From: a virus
Lineage: Duplodnaviria; Caudoviricetes
IMG/VR virus record: IMGVR_UViG_2551306247_000001
Location: 1-64,000 of that record
Direction: 5' to 3' (one strand)
Length of the DNA stretch: 64,000 nucleotides
This document shows, piece after piece, positions 48,790-58,546 of the stretch. Both the position numbers and the translations under genes were made by a program. Under the pieces are notes generated by a model. The model was not told where the DNA came from. It searched no databases and saw only the letters and a program-made list of their open reading frames with translations. The stretch's first letter is position 1; each line of letters starts with the position of its first letter.

Positions 48790-48973
48790 GATGAGAGAGA
48801 AAGATGAAAAACTGTATGTTGGAAGATTTTATCTGTTTGATATTATTCCCTTATGGAAAGTAAAAATGACCAAGGAGGAATGGCTAGAAGAAGCATTTTT
48901 TAGGTCTTCCAAGAAGAAAATAATTGAATGTGTTTTTATTGATGAGGAGGAAGAGGATGACCGAGAAATTTAA
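48790..48973 (+). CDS. Hypothetical ICE protein
   Basis: ORF in operon, acidic tail. Confidence 0.45.
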
Positions 48974-49367
48974 GATTGTACGTGGCTATTATTTAACAGG
49001 AGTAGGGCAAGAAGATTCTGTCTATTACTTTAAAATCAATCAGGAATTTCCTGAGTTTGAAACTATAAAAGCAGGCGATGTTGCTTTGACCTTTTACCAG
49101 AATGGGGATGCAATAACAAGTGTTCCAGCGCTGATCAGAGTAGATGGTATCATCGAGGCAGAGAAGCAAGTTCATGAATTTCTTCAGGGAGAGAAGAAGG
49201 ACGGTCTTCCTATGCTACCACTGGTTGGGCTGTATGAGCATTTTGATCCTTTGCGTTTTAATTCTATGATGGCTGTCTTTGATAGTCTGAAAGTCGATAT
49301 AAAACGATTGGCAAAAGTAAACTATGTCCAAGGGGACTTGTTCGAGCTGATGGGAGGTGAAGTGTGA
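48957..49367 (+). CDS. Hypothetical ICE protein
   Basis: GAGGAG-type RBS; overlaps neighbours. Confidence 0.6.
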   Translation: MTEKFKIVRGYYLTGVGQEDSVYYFKINQEFPEFETIKAGDVALTFYQNGDAITSVPALIRVDGIIEAEKQVHEFLQGEKKDGLPMLPLVGLYEHFDPLRFNSMMAVFDSLKVDIKRLAKVNYVQGDLFELMGGEV

Positions 49368-49813
49368 TGTCTGATAACTTTAGATTCCCTAAGATGATTT
49401 TAGGGGCACTAGCAGTGATCGGCATATTATTTTTTACAGTTATAGGCGTACAAACGGTATGGAGTGAATATATCGTCAAAGATTATGATAAGCGGCTTAT
49501 TGAACAGGTCTATGTGGATGCTGCGGTGGAACAGAACGTTAATCTAGTTTTTTATAGAACAGGTTGCCCCTATTGTGAAAAAGGGAAGCAGGCTGTTATT
49601 AGCGCTGCGAAGAACAGCCCCTATCCGACATTTTTCATCGATGTAGAGTCAGAAGATGGTCAAATTCTTGTGAAGAAATACCAGGTCGAGTACGCTGCAT
49701 CTATTATCAAAATTCGAGACGGGAAGTCGTCCATTTATCAGTATGCGATAAAAAATAAACCTGGGCAGATTGAAGCTGATCAGGTAACGATTAAGGAGGC
49801 TATGGGTGAGTAG
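49364..49813 (+). CDS. Membrane-anchored thioredoxin-like protein
   Basis: N-terminal TM; FYRTGCPYC. Confidence 0.8.
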   Translation: MMSDNFRFPKMILGALAVIGILFFTVIGVQTVWSEYIVKDYDKRLIEQVYVDAAVEQNVNLVFYRTGCPYCEKGKQAVISAAKNSPYPTFFIDVESEDGQILVKKYQVEYAASIIKIRDGKSSIYQYAIKNKPGQIEADQVTIKEAMGE

Positions 49814-50036
49814 AAAAAGCAAGCTCAGTAAGTGGGCCGAAATTGCCTTTCACTTTGATAGTGAATTATGGCGAGCAAAAACAGAAGAAGGTATGGTTGT
49901 TTTAGGGAGACTTCTAGATGGAACCTTTACCTTGTTTCGTTTCAACGATGAGGGTGGGAAACTGACTCATATTTCAGAAAATGAAGCCCTGTGGTTAACA
50001 CTTGAGTTAGTTCCAGAGAAGATGGACTGTATTTAG
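49806..50036 (+). CDS. Hypothetical ICE protein
   Basis: ORF overlapping upstream stop. Confidence 0.5.
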   Translation: MSRKSKLSKWAEIAFHFDSELWRAKTEEGMVVLGRLLDGTFTLFRFNDEGGKLTHISENEALWLTLELVPEKMDCI

Positions 50037-50048
50037 GAAAGGGGAGAA

Positions 50049-50612
50049 ATGATGAAGACAATTCGGAAAAATAAATCATTTGAACAGAAGAAAAAAAGGC
50101 CCAATGCTCATCATGTAGGAAAACAGTATCAAGCTTCAGATAATAAAAAAAGTAGCGGTTCTATGAATATTTTCCTGCGAAGAAAAATGTTGTTTGAAAC
50201 TAATAAAGAATACAGGAATGCTGAGTTCCAGCAATCTGTTGGGGCGTTATTAGCTACAGTAGGGACAATCTATCTTTTGGTTGGGTTTCTGTATTACTTC
50301 AACGTTAAGGTTTTTCTTCAATTTGTATTGAAGATGATAAGCTTAGGATTTCTTAAACCTTCCGTTGCAGATTCATTTCAAGAACCTACCGTTTGGGAAA
50401 TTGTTAATAATTATTCTATGGGACAACCAGTAGCTGTTGCAATAGGCTTAGTTATTTTGTTAGTGGCAGGCTTCTCCCTTGGGCATAAGGGTCAAACTAC
50501 ACAGTCTATGATTGACTCAAATACTGATGATGAGAAACTCAAAAAGGACTACGAAAAATTGAAAGAGGAGAGGTATAGTGATTATGATTGCTACAATCAA
50601 AAGTTGGATTGA
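50049..50612 (+). CDS. Membrane protein
   Basis: Two hydrophobic segments. Confidence 0.6.
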   Translation: MMKTIRKNKSFEQKKKRPNAHHVGKQYQASDNKKSSGSMNIFLRRKMLFETNKEYRNAEFQQSVGALLATVGTIYLLVGFLYYFNVKVFLQFVLKMISLGFLKPSVADSFQEPTVWEIVNNYSMGQPVAVAIGLVILLVAGFSLGHKGQTTQSMIDSNTDDEKLKKDYEKLKEERYSDYDCYNQKLD

Positions 50613-51588
50613 GAAGATAAAATCTAGCCCGATAGCTAAACCAGTCATAGCTACGAACAGATGGTTCAAAGACAATGTGATTAAGCGGAAATTAGTTATT
50701 TTTTCAGTTCTGTTTACCGCCTGGCTGAGTCTGTTGCTGGGAGCCATTTACTCTCCACAGAGGCAAACTTTTACGGATGAACAGCTAAAAACAAAGAGAA
50801 CATTTGAGAATGGAACTGGAGAAATTAGGCTATTAAGTCAAATATATTCTCCTGAGACGGGCATCATTGTCCTACAGTTTGAGACTAAGGATTCGACTTC
50901 TCCGATAGCTCGTGGGATTGACACAAAGCGTCTCGAATGGAACCTATACGCTCAGAAAAAATCAGCGGATACGTTTATGGAAATTGTTCCAATCGTAGAT
51001 AATAAAATCTCCGTTATTATCCGAAATGTCCCTGAAAATTTTGGTGCCTTTGCGATCGATATTACTAATAAGACGGTTGCTACCCGTTCTATTGATATTG
51101 ATATCTCTAGTCCTTCAATGGATCAGGAAAGTAACATAAAGAAAACAGAGAGTGACGAAAGTAAAGTTGTGCAATTTTATGTGACCACTCAAAATAGTAA
51201 ACTTAAAATTGAGAAGGTTGAGAGTGTTTCTCGTGAGGAATTTGCCTTGTCAGAAATTTCAGTAGAAAAGGAATTTCAAGTAGGGGAGATTGAAAAATTA
51301 AATCATTCTATTGAACAATTAAAGAGTTCTATTGAGGATGATGAGTCTAGAAAATCTGGACTCATGAAAGAAGCTGCTTACTTATCAGGCGATGATTTAG
51401 AATCTAACCAAAGGGATATTGCAACTGTCGAGACTCATATTGAAACGAAAAACAGGTCTATTGAAATAGCACTACAAAATATTGAAAAAGTTCAAGTAAA
51501 AATTAGCAGCTTAGAAAAGAAAGAGGCAGCTATTAAAGACGGGACCTTTGAATTTTCTAACCCTATCGAAACGATTGAAATGGATTAA
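50578..51588 (+). CDS. Membrane-anchored coiled-coil protein (possible conjugation accessory)
   Basis: Single TM then extracellular domain and C-terminal coiled coil. Confidence 0.6.
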   Translation: MIMIATIKSWIEKIKSSPIAKPVIATNRWFKDNVIKRKLVIFSVLFTAWLSLLLGAIYSPQRQTFTDEQLKTKRTFENGTGEIRLLSQIYSPETGIIVLQFETKDSTSPIARGIDTKRLEWNLYAQKKSADTFMEIVPIVDNKISVIIRNVPENFGAFAIDITNKTVATRSIDIDISSPSMDQESNIKKTESDESKVVQFYVTTQNSKLKIEKVESVSREEFALSEISVEKEFQVGEIEKLNHSIEQLKSSIEDDESRKSGLMKEAAYLSGDDLESNQRDIATVETHIETKNRSIEIALQNIEKVQVKISSLEKKEAAIKDGTFEFSNPIETIEMD

Positions 51589-51606
51589 AGAAAGGAAAAA
51601 ATAATC

Positions 51607-52449
51607 ATGAAAAAATTTAGTCAAACTTGGAAAAATGTAGACAGGAAAGGTCTAAAATTATCGCTTATCTATTTCCTAAACAGTCTTATTAAAATTCTCT
51701 TTGTAGAACAATTTTTTTGGATATCAGCTATATTATTAGGAGTGCTTGTGGGAATAGCTCCTTCGAAATATCACTTAGGGATTGGGCTAACTCTTATAGT
51801 TCTTTTAAGTGGGGAACTAACACGGAGGCTAGTAATTATGTTTGTTGATCGAGGTAGCAAACAATTCATCTGGGCATTAAAGGAAATGGTGTATTTTTAC
51901 TTTTTCTCAGAAGGATTTAAAACTGTAGGTCAACAAATAATAACAAATGAGTATTTTGGAAATCTACTAATAGCTTGGTTGTGTAGTATTGTTATTGCCA
52001 TCGCTACTTACAATTTACAGCCAAGGTTATTTAACCGTTATCTTTTTAAAAATGTGATTGATAAAGACTATTTAGGGATTCGAAAATTTACAGATCCTCT
52101 TCCTCCTGAAAGCAATTTATATAGTGACAGTAAGGAAGCAGATGTGGACAAACGGATGCGAATGATCAATCAAAGAGTCATCAAAGAGCCGTATCAAAAT
52201 GTTGTAGAATTGAGCTTTTTGAACAGAGAAATGACGACAGCTATTGCCTATAAAGCGGTACCGTTTCCTGAAAAAAAGGAACGTAATTTTATTGAATGTG
52301 ATACCATTTATTATCCTGTATTTAGAGTCTATCCTTTCGGTAAGAAGGTTGACTTTTATCATAGACTCCTTCAGATAAAGTTGAGCAGAAATGCAGCGTT
52401 CGCGAAAAGTGCAAGTATATCAATTCTGAAAGGTTCAGATCTTAGTTAA
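51607..52449 (+). CDS. Multi-pass membrane protein
   Basis: Several hydrophobic segments in the N-terminal half. Confidence 0.6.
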   Translation: MKKFSQTWKNVDRKGLKLSLIYFLNSLIKILFVEQFFWISAILLGVLVGIAPSKYHLGIGLTLIVLLSGELTRRLVIMFVDRGSKQFIWALKEMVYFYFFSEGFKTVGQQIITNEYFGNLLIAWLCSIVIAIATYNLQPRLFNRYLFKNVIDKDYLGIRKFTDPLPPESNLYSDSKEADVDKRMRMINQRVIKEPYQNVVELSFLNREMTTAIAYKAVPFPEKKERNFIECDTIYYPVFRVYPFGKKVDFYHRLLQIKLSRNAAFAKSASISILKGSDLS

Positions 52450-52457
52450 ACTAATAT

Positions 52458-52490
52458 TGCTCCCTAATTGAGATTAGGGAGTATTCTTTT
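52458..52490 (+). terminator. Rho-independent terminator
   Basis: ctccctaat-tgag-attagggag then T-rich tract. Confidence 0.65.
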
Positions 52491-52499
52491 CTAAATTTT

Positions 52500-52563
52500 T
52501 TTGTCCCCTTAACACACAACTTACTATTATCTCTTATACTAAAACTAATTAAAGAAAAGGAGG
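52500..52563 (+). promoter_or_regulatory. ICE motif C promoter/RBS block, copy 1
   Basis: tttgtcc.cttaacac...attatc.ctta.acta.aact.a.ta.agaaaa..gagg shared with 58198-58262. Confidence 0.6.
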
Positions 52564-52570
52564 CCTTCAG

Positions 52571-52846
52571 ATGGCAAAAAAAGATCTGATTAAAATTGAT
52601 AATGAACTGGAAGAAGCTAAGAAAAAAGTAGCGTTTTTAGAAAATGAACGTAAGGCTGCCGAAGAAAATCTTCAAAAACAAATTGGTAAAATCTACGTAC
52701 AGATACAATTAAAAAAAGACAAAAATCAAACTTATGATTCAATCCTAGATGATCTCAAAACAGAGCTGGCGATTATCAAAGAAGAGGAAAAAGAGAAGCG
52801 CCAGGCAGCTAAAATGGTGCAAGAAGCAGGAGAACAAAACACCTAG
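52571..52846 (+). CDS. Small coiled-coil protein
   Basis: AGGAGG RBS; E/K-rich heptads. Confidence 0.65.
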   Translation: MAKKDLIKIDNELEEAKKKVAFLENERKAAEENLQKQIGKIYVQIQLKKDKNQTYDSILDDLKTELAIIKEEEKEKRQAAKMVQEAGEQNT

Positions 52847-52896
52847 ATGTTCTCACTTCTCAGCTGAAAAATCACTCTGTTTGAATTGTTAAATCT

Positions 52897-53235
52897 AGTG
52901 TGTGTTTGTAGCTGTTACGGTGTGTATAGGTGTGTGTTTTCGCATTCGTTGTGTGTGTAGGTGTGTAAACGCAGTGTGTGTAAGTAGGCGTAGCCGAGAA
53001 AATTACCGGTACGGGAAACGTTGATACTATCAACATATCACGCCTAGTGATATCAGTTTCCCTTATGCTCTTTTCTAGCACAGCACACCCAAAAGGCATT
53101 AGCCGCAACAGTGTGTGCTTGTGTGTGGAAAAACCGCAACAGTAGAACCTTACAGGTTCGTGACGTTGCGAGGTTGAGGTTTTCTTTTTTGCTTCTTTTT
53201 TCCTTTTGCCTCGCCAAAAGAAAAAAGAAGGGCGT
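52897..53235. other. Putative oriT region
   Basis: Non-coding; many TGTGT tracts; several short palindromes; cttctttt...aaaagaag inverted repeat; directly upstream of RHH genes and near the MOB_L relaxase. Confidence 0.55.
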
Positions 53236-53263
53236 CTAGCTGATAGGAAGGGCGGTAACTGAA

Positions 53264-53599
53264 ATGGCAAAAAGCCACCAAACAAGAATTGAAATTCGAG
53301 GACTATCTGCTCAAGAGGTAGATTACTTAAAGGCCCTTGCGAGGGAAGCCAAAGCAAAATCATTGAATGAATTTTTGCTTGGCATGTGTCGTGAAAAAAT
53401 TGAAAAAGGTCAGTTCAATTTTGTTGAAGCGAACTACCTTGCTCATTTAGAAAATATGAAACTGACATCATATCATGTCTTGCTTTTGACTGAAAAGCAG
53501 ACAGGTCTTTTGTCTGTTTTTGAAGAAAAAATGACCCGCTATGCAGATCATATTTCGAGGTGGTTAGAATATGAAGGAGAGGTCGATAGCAGTGACTAA
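53264..53599 (+). CDS. Ribbon-helix-helix protein (relaxosome accessory-like)
   Basis: TRIEIRGLS...V..LK.LA......SLNEF. Confidence 0.6.
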   Translation: MAKSHQTRIEIRGLSAQEVDYLKALAREAKAKSLNEFLLGMCREKIEKGQFNFVEANYLAHLENMKLTSYHVLLLTEKQTGLLSVFEEKMTRYADHISRWLEYEGEVDSSD

Positions 53600-53939
53600 A
53601 AATTTTATTATACGTAATGTTCCTGAAAAAGTATTTACGCAATTAAAAATGATATCGAAAGGATATGAGTATTCATCTTTTAATGAATTTATGCTGGCCC
53701 AACTTCAACGAATTGTTGAGAATGATGGATTGGATTTATATGATAACAAGTTTGCAGAAACGCTGGCAGACATTAAGGAACAACAAGCGAAAATCTTGGA
53801 GATGTTACTTAGAAATGAAATCAAGTTATTAGGTTGCAGCGCCAAACAAGATATTGTAGAAGAGCTAACAGTAGATTGGCTTCGTTTCATGGATGATGTT
53901 GATGCACTTGCCGCTGAACGAGGAGGAAGTTGCTTATGA
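53592..53939 (+). CDS. Ribbon-helix-helix protein (relaxosome accessory-like)
   Basis: KNFIIRNVPEKVFTQLK......SSFNEFMLAQL. Confidence 0.65.
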   Translation: MTKNFIIRNVPEKVFTQLKMISKGYEYSSFNEFMLAQLQRIVENDGLDLYDNKFAETLADIKEQQAKILEMLLRNEIKLLGCSAKQDIVEELTVDWLRFMDDVDALAAERGGSCL

Positions 53940-54727
53940 AGAAAAATAAATTCTTGTTAGTCAGTATTATATTTACGGCCATTCTTCTAGTGCAGCCACA
54001 AAATTTTCAATTTTTAAAAAGTACGTTCACTCAAAATGATTTGGCCAGTCAGTTGAATATCTCAGATTCTCCTGAAGAAAAAAATGCTGATTTGAGAAAC
54101 GCCCATCACACCCAGAATGAGGAATTAAAATCAAAAGTATTTGATGGTCAAGAACAAATAATTGTGGTCAATGAACGAGCACAGTTTACGACAGAAGAAT
54201 TGAGTTTAGAAAATGGTTCCTGGGAAAACTATAGTGATCTAGATTTTTTGAATCGTGTCGGAGTTGCTGAGGCAATGCTAGGCCAAGATTTGATGCCGAC
54301 AAGCGAACGTGAAGATATTTCATCTGTGAAACCTACTGGCTGGAAAAATAAAAAAATCGTGTTCAATGGAAAAGAAGATTATTTGTATAACCGCTCACAC
54401 TTGATTGGTTTTCAGTTAAGCGGAGAGAAAGCAAATGTAAAAAATCTATTTACAGGAACACGGGCACTCAATGCAAATCTTGATGATGAAAAATCGTCAA
54501 TGCTCTATTATGAAAATTTGGTTGCCGACTATATTAGACAGTCGGGCCATCATGTCCGTTATCGAGTAACCCCACTCTTTAAAAATGTGGAATTGGTGGC
54601 ACGTGGTATTCGTCTGGAAGCACAAAGTGTGGAAGATGATACCATATCATTTGATGTTTATATTTTTAATATCCAACCAGGATATGAGATTAACTATTTG
54701 ACAGGTACTTCAGAAAAATTACAGTGA
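53936..54727 (+). CDS. Secreted DNA/RNA non-specific endonuclease (EndA/streptodornase-like)
   Basis: Signal-like N-terminus; LD.LNR.G.A; YNRSHLIG.QLSG; VRYRVTP. Confidence 0.85.
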   Translation: MKKNKFLLVSIIFTAILLVQPQNFQFLKSTFTQNDLASQLNISDSPEEKNADLRNAHHTQNEELKSKVFDGQEQIIVVNERAQFTTEELSLENGSWENYSDLDFLNRVGVAEAMLGQDLMPTSEREDISSVKPTGWKNKKIVFNGKEDYLYNRSHLIGFQLSGEKANVKNLFTGTRALNANLDDEKSSMLYYENLVADYIRQSGHHVRYRVTPLFKNVELVARGIRLEAQSVEDDTISFDVYIFNIQPGYEINYLTGTSEKLQ

Positions 54728-54734
54728 GGATAAT

Positions 54735-55190
54735 ATGACAAAAAGAATCAACGTCTATTTTAACGAAGAGACATTACAGAAGTTCAGTGAAATAAGAAAC
54801 TACTTGGAAGAAGAAATGGGAGGCAGTTTGAACCGTCAAAGTCCTAATCATTCGGCCACAGTTGTTAAGGTGATTCATACTTTTCATAAACTGTTTTTAG
54901 AATCAGGAGAAAAGCAACCGTTCGCAGAACGGCTGTCTCGGCTGGAAAAAAATTTGGCCAATTCAGATGAGCAAAAAATTCTAAAATCAATTCGCCATCA
55001 AATGGACCAGCTGCTCTACTTGGAGCTGACCAATTTTCATGCACTCACGAAAGGAAATCAGTTTGACATTCAAGATCTGGAGTCCATTCACTCTCATTTT
55101 GATCCAAAGCAAAATGAATTGATCGCACGTATTGACGATATTATTAAAGAGGATGTTAGTCGAGGACAAGTAATCAAACATTCTCATTGA
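54735..55190 (+). CDS. Hypothetical protein with RHH-like N-terminus
   Basis: MTKRINVYFNEETLQKF. Confidence 0.55.
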   Translation: MTKRINVYFNEETLQKFSEIRNYLEEEMGGSLNRQSPNHSATVVKVIHTFHKLFLESGEKQPFAERLSRLEKNLANSDEQKILKSIRHQMDQLLYLELTNFHALTKGNQFDIQDLESIHSHFDPKQNELIARIDDIIKEDVSRGQVIKHSH

Positions 55191-55200
55191 GGTTCTAAAA

Positions 55201-55761
55201 ATGACAGATATTATTGACCTATATTTAGAGACAGGTGACTTTCATGAAGCAGTAAAGAAATCTGGCTTACCGACTCATGTTGCTCACTTACAATTGATTA
55301 AAAGCGGCTGCTTAAAAATTCAAGATAAAATTCAGTATGGTTCTCGGACTGCCCGACTTGGAGGAATGGCTGAAGAGCTTTTTCAAAAGTATGTTCCTGA
55401 AGCAACAGATGCCAATAAGTACTTCAAGAAAAACAATCCTGTCTACGATTTCTGGTTTGATGGTTTAACAATTGATGTGAAGTATAGTTCGCTGCACAAA
55501 AGAAAAGATGGAGACTCTTATCATTGGCAATTTAGAGTAAAAGGAGATCAGGACTTCATAGTTGCCTTTCTAGAACGAGAGAGTGGTTTGGAATTAGAAC
55601 AACCAAATATCTTATTGGTTCCAATGCAATTTATCGAGGAAAAGAAGGAGCTACATATTTCTCCTTCTGGTCCATGGTTTAATGGATTCAAGGTTGAAGC
55701 TGAAGAGTTGCAGCCGCTGCTGAAAGACTATGCTCGATTAAGGAAAGATGGTTTATTTTAA
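55201..55761 (+). CDS. Putative PD-(D/E)XK nuclease with N-terminal HTH-like segment
   Basis: G..AEELF...NPVYDF......IDVKYS. Confidence 0.55.
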   Translation: MTDIIDLYLETGDFHEAVKKSGLPTHVAHLQLIKSGCLKIQDKIQYGSRTARLGGMAEELFQKYVPEATDANKYFKKNNPVYDFWFDGLTIDVKYSSLHKRKDGDSYHWQFRVKGDQDFIVAFLERESGLELEQPNILLVPMQFIEEKKELHISPSGPWFNGFKVEAEELQPLLKDYARLRKDGLF

Positions 55762-55776
55762 TTAGAGAGTGGTGAA

Positions 55777-58146
55777 ATGATGAATACGTCTTCTAGCCCG
55801 AATATCACGTTCATGCTGCAATATACAGAGGCAAATAGCCAGTATGTTGATTACACTAATCGTAGCGAAGCGGTCAAAATAGATGAGGAACTATCTTTAG
55901 AAATCAACCGCCAAATGATTGAAGGATTGACTGAGGCGGAGTTGAATCGTATCCAGAAAGCCGTTCCTGAAACACAGTTAAACTTTCGAGAGTATATTGA
56001 TTATATGAACCGTTCTTACGCTACAGAATCGCAGTCAGAAGAACTGACTGCTGTCTTTACGCAAGAAGCCGACTATCTTCAAAAGCGACGGTTAACGGAT
56101 TTGAAAAATCAGTTAGAGGCCGCTTACCAAAATGGATCTCTACTTTGGCAGGGTGTTATCTCATTTGATAATACTTTTCTAGCTAAACAAGGTTTATATG
56201 ACGTTGTGACTGGACAAGTTGACCAAAAAGCAATCAAGACTGTTATGCGTGATATGATGCCAACACTCATTCAGAAGGAAAGACTTTCTGACTCGGCTTT
56301 CTGGTGGGGGAATATCCATCTTAATACTGACAACATCCATATCCACTTTGGTTTATCAGAGGTTGAGTCAAATCGTGAAAAAATCTTTTATCGTCCACGA
56401 GGTCGGATGGAATATAAGGGAAATTTTTCTCAAAAAACAATCAATCGATTTAAAAGTGGTATCTATCACGGGCTTCTAAAAGAGGAGACACGGTCAAATC
56501 TTCTGCGAAAAGAGCAGGTGCTGGCTAACCTTAAAGCTAATTTACTAACTTCAGTTTACCAGGAAGACAAAATTACCTCTTCAGCTGAAAAAAATTTTTT
56601 GGAACAAGCCTACAATCACTTGCCAATGGGTAAGAAGTGGCGGTATGGGTCTAATGCCAGGGATTTTGCGGTGAGTAAGTTCTTTCTGGATCGTTACCTA
56701 GATTCTTATTTGCAGAATGAAGGAAATGCTGCCTATCAAGAGTTTTTACAGGAAACTAGAGAGTTTCTTGCGACTTATGAGGGTGTCTATTCAGCTGAAA
56801 AAAATCAAGCCTATGAGAAGATCCGAAAGGTTGATGGAAGAACCATTCGGTCATTGTCAGAATCGAAAGGCTATGATCTAGAACATCATCTGGCCCGTCG
56901 AGTTATGGATCTAAGAGAACGGTTGGCCAATAATATCCTTCATTCATTTAGAGAGGCAGCCCCTCAAATTCAAAGCCTTCAGCTGGAAAAAAATTTGGAT
57001 AACTTTTCTACTCTGAACCAGGAAAAAATATTAGAACGACTACCTGAAGCCAGTGTAGTAAAAAGCAAAGAAGCCTGGCAAAAACTAGGCTATTCAGTGA
57101 AGGCTGGAGAAGAAGCGCTTGAAATTATAAAACCTGTGTACGGGGAATATGATGAAAACGGCAAAGGAAGAGGTCGGCCAGATTTTGTAACAGACTATGT
57201 TTATGATGTCAGTCAGCTGACAGAGAATATCCAGATGAAGACTATGACCCTAAGGGAACTATCCTTGTTATCATCGGATGAGCTAAAAGAGCTGGTTGAT
57301 GCTGCTAAGTTGAAATCAAATCCAACTGAAAAAGAACGTCGTGAATTAGGGACTTTCCGTTATGCTTTGAAATTAAGTATGCTGGAAGCAAGTCAGAAAG
57401 AATTACAGATCCAACAAAAACTCTTGGATCAGCTTCAACCTCTAGCTTCTGATCGGCCGTTTATAGATTTCAAGAAACAGTCAATCAATCAGGAATTGGA
57501 AGCAATTAAGCTACAGCTTACCCCGAATTTCAAACTGTCTGATGAGCAGCAGCTACTGAGACAACGCTTAAAGAATCAATTTGAAGACAGCGTTGCACTC
57601 CCTATCAAAAAGGCTACTGCTGGAACTATCCAGCTTCCGATCAGGCAACTACGTACGGAGATAGATTTTGCTAGTCGACTTCAGGATGATAGTGTCCTAT
57701 CACTTCTGAAGGGTTCTGCGACGACAAAGGAAGCCTATATTGAGGAACTTCAAACTCATGTCTCTATTTTTCAGCTGAAATACCATATTAACGCCCGAAA
57801 CCAACAGATGGAACGACTATCAGATGAATCAGCTATCAAGCAGCTGAGGATAACTAATGCCCAGGGCTTTTCAGAATTGAAACGCTTATATGCTAAATTA
57901 CAACCGACCGAAGAAAACCAAAGTCAGATTGTTCAAGCTGTTTCTAAACAATTGCAGGAGCGGAAAGTTGTTAAAAAAGCCCAACTGCAGCAGTCAAAAG
58001 GAGCTGCTAGGATAAATACAAACTTCATGCGACAGCTAACAGCTTCATTGAAGCGGTCTCAACAAGCAAGTAAAAAAGCCCTTATGGACCGTGCTAGAAG
58101 TGATGAACGTGAGGAGCAAGAAGAGCGCAAACAAGCTCAGCGATAA
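55777..58146 (+). CDS. MOB_L family relaxase
   Basis: YIDYMNR, LLWQGVISFDN, WWGNIHLNTDNIHIHF HUH motif; C-terminal coiled coil. Confidence 0.85.
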   Translation: MMNTSSSPNITFMLQYTEANSQYVDYTNRSEAVKIDEELSLEINRQMIEGLTEAELNRIQKAVPETQLNFREYIDYMNRSYATESQSEELTAVFTQEADYLQKRRLTDLKNQLEAAYQNGSLLWQGVISFDNTFLAKQGLYDVVTGQVDQKAIKTVMRDMMPTLIQKERLSDSAFWWGNIHLNTDNIHIHFGLSEVESNREKIFYRPRGRMEYKGNFSQKTINRFKSGIYHGLLKEETRSNLLRKEQVLANLKANLLTSVYQEDKITSSAEKNFLEQAYNHLPMGKKWRYGSNARDFAVSKFFLDRYLDSYLQNEGNAAYQEFLQETREFLATYEGVYSAEKNQAYEKIRKVDGRTIRSLSESKGYDLEHHLARRVMDLRERLANNILHSFREAAPQIQSLQLEKNLDNFSTLNQEKILERLPEASVVKSKEAWQKLGYSVKAGEEALEIIKPVYGEYDENGKGRGRPDFVTDYVYDVSQLTENIQMKTMTLRELSLLSSDELKELVDAAKLKSNPTEKERRELGTFRYALKLSMLEASQKELQIQQKLLDQLQPLASDRPFIDFKKQSINQELEAIKLQLTPNFKLSDEQQLLRQRLKNQFEDSVALPIKKATAGTIQLPIRQLRTEIDFASRLQDDSVLSLLKGSATTKEAYIEELQTHVSIFQLKYHINARNQQMERLSDESAIKQLRITNAQGFSELKRLYAKLQPTEENQSQIVQAVSKQLQERKVVKKAQLQQSKGAARINTNFMRQLTASLKRSQQASKKALMDRARSDEREEQEERKQAQR

Positions 58147-58148
58147 TC

Positions 58149-58178
58149 AGTCATTGATGTTTTATCAATGGCTTTTTT
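58149..58178 (+). terminator. Rho-independent terminator
   Basis: agtcattgat-gtttt-atcaatggct followed by T run. Confidence 0.7.
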
Positions 58179-58197
58179 CATCGAAAAATCATCTCAA

Positions 58198-58262
58198 TTT
58201 GTCCTCTTAACACAAGGATTTTGATTATCCCTTACACTAGAACTGACTATAGAAAAAGGAGG
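58198..58262 (+). promoter_or_regulatory. ICE motif C promoter/RBS block, copy 2
   Basis: Matches 52500-52563. Confidence 0.6.
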
Positions 58263-58270
58263 AACAGACA

Positions 58271-58528
58271 ATGTTACATTTCCCAGGTGTATCAGAAAAA
58301 GAGTTTGATTTTGATGCTGATTGGTTGGTAAAAGCAACCGATGATATTCAAAAGAAAATTCTTTTTGTCGGTCAAGGAAAAAATGGTGATCTAGAGTTAG
58401 AACTTGATTACCAGGCTAATCCAGAGCAGTTTGAGAGTTTTTCAGTTGGAGAACTTGTTCAACTACCAAGAGAAATTTTCCTGGTACCTGAAATAATACC
58501 TTACCAACCACAGTACGAGTGTTTTTAG
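58271..58528 (+). CDS. Hypothetical ICE protein
   Basis: Strong AAAGGAGG RBS. Confidence 0.65.
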   Translation: MLHFPGVSEKEFDFDADWLVKATDDIQKKILFVGQGKNGDLELELDYQANPEQFESFSVGELVQLPREIFLVPEIIPYQPQYECF

Positions 58529-58546
58529 TGAATGAAAGGAGTCTTT

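Noticed and set aside
52872-53363. 163-aa minus-strand ORF rich in Thr/His
   Set aside because: Product of the TG tracts of the oriT-like region; overlaps a better plus-strand gene
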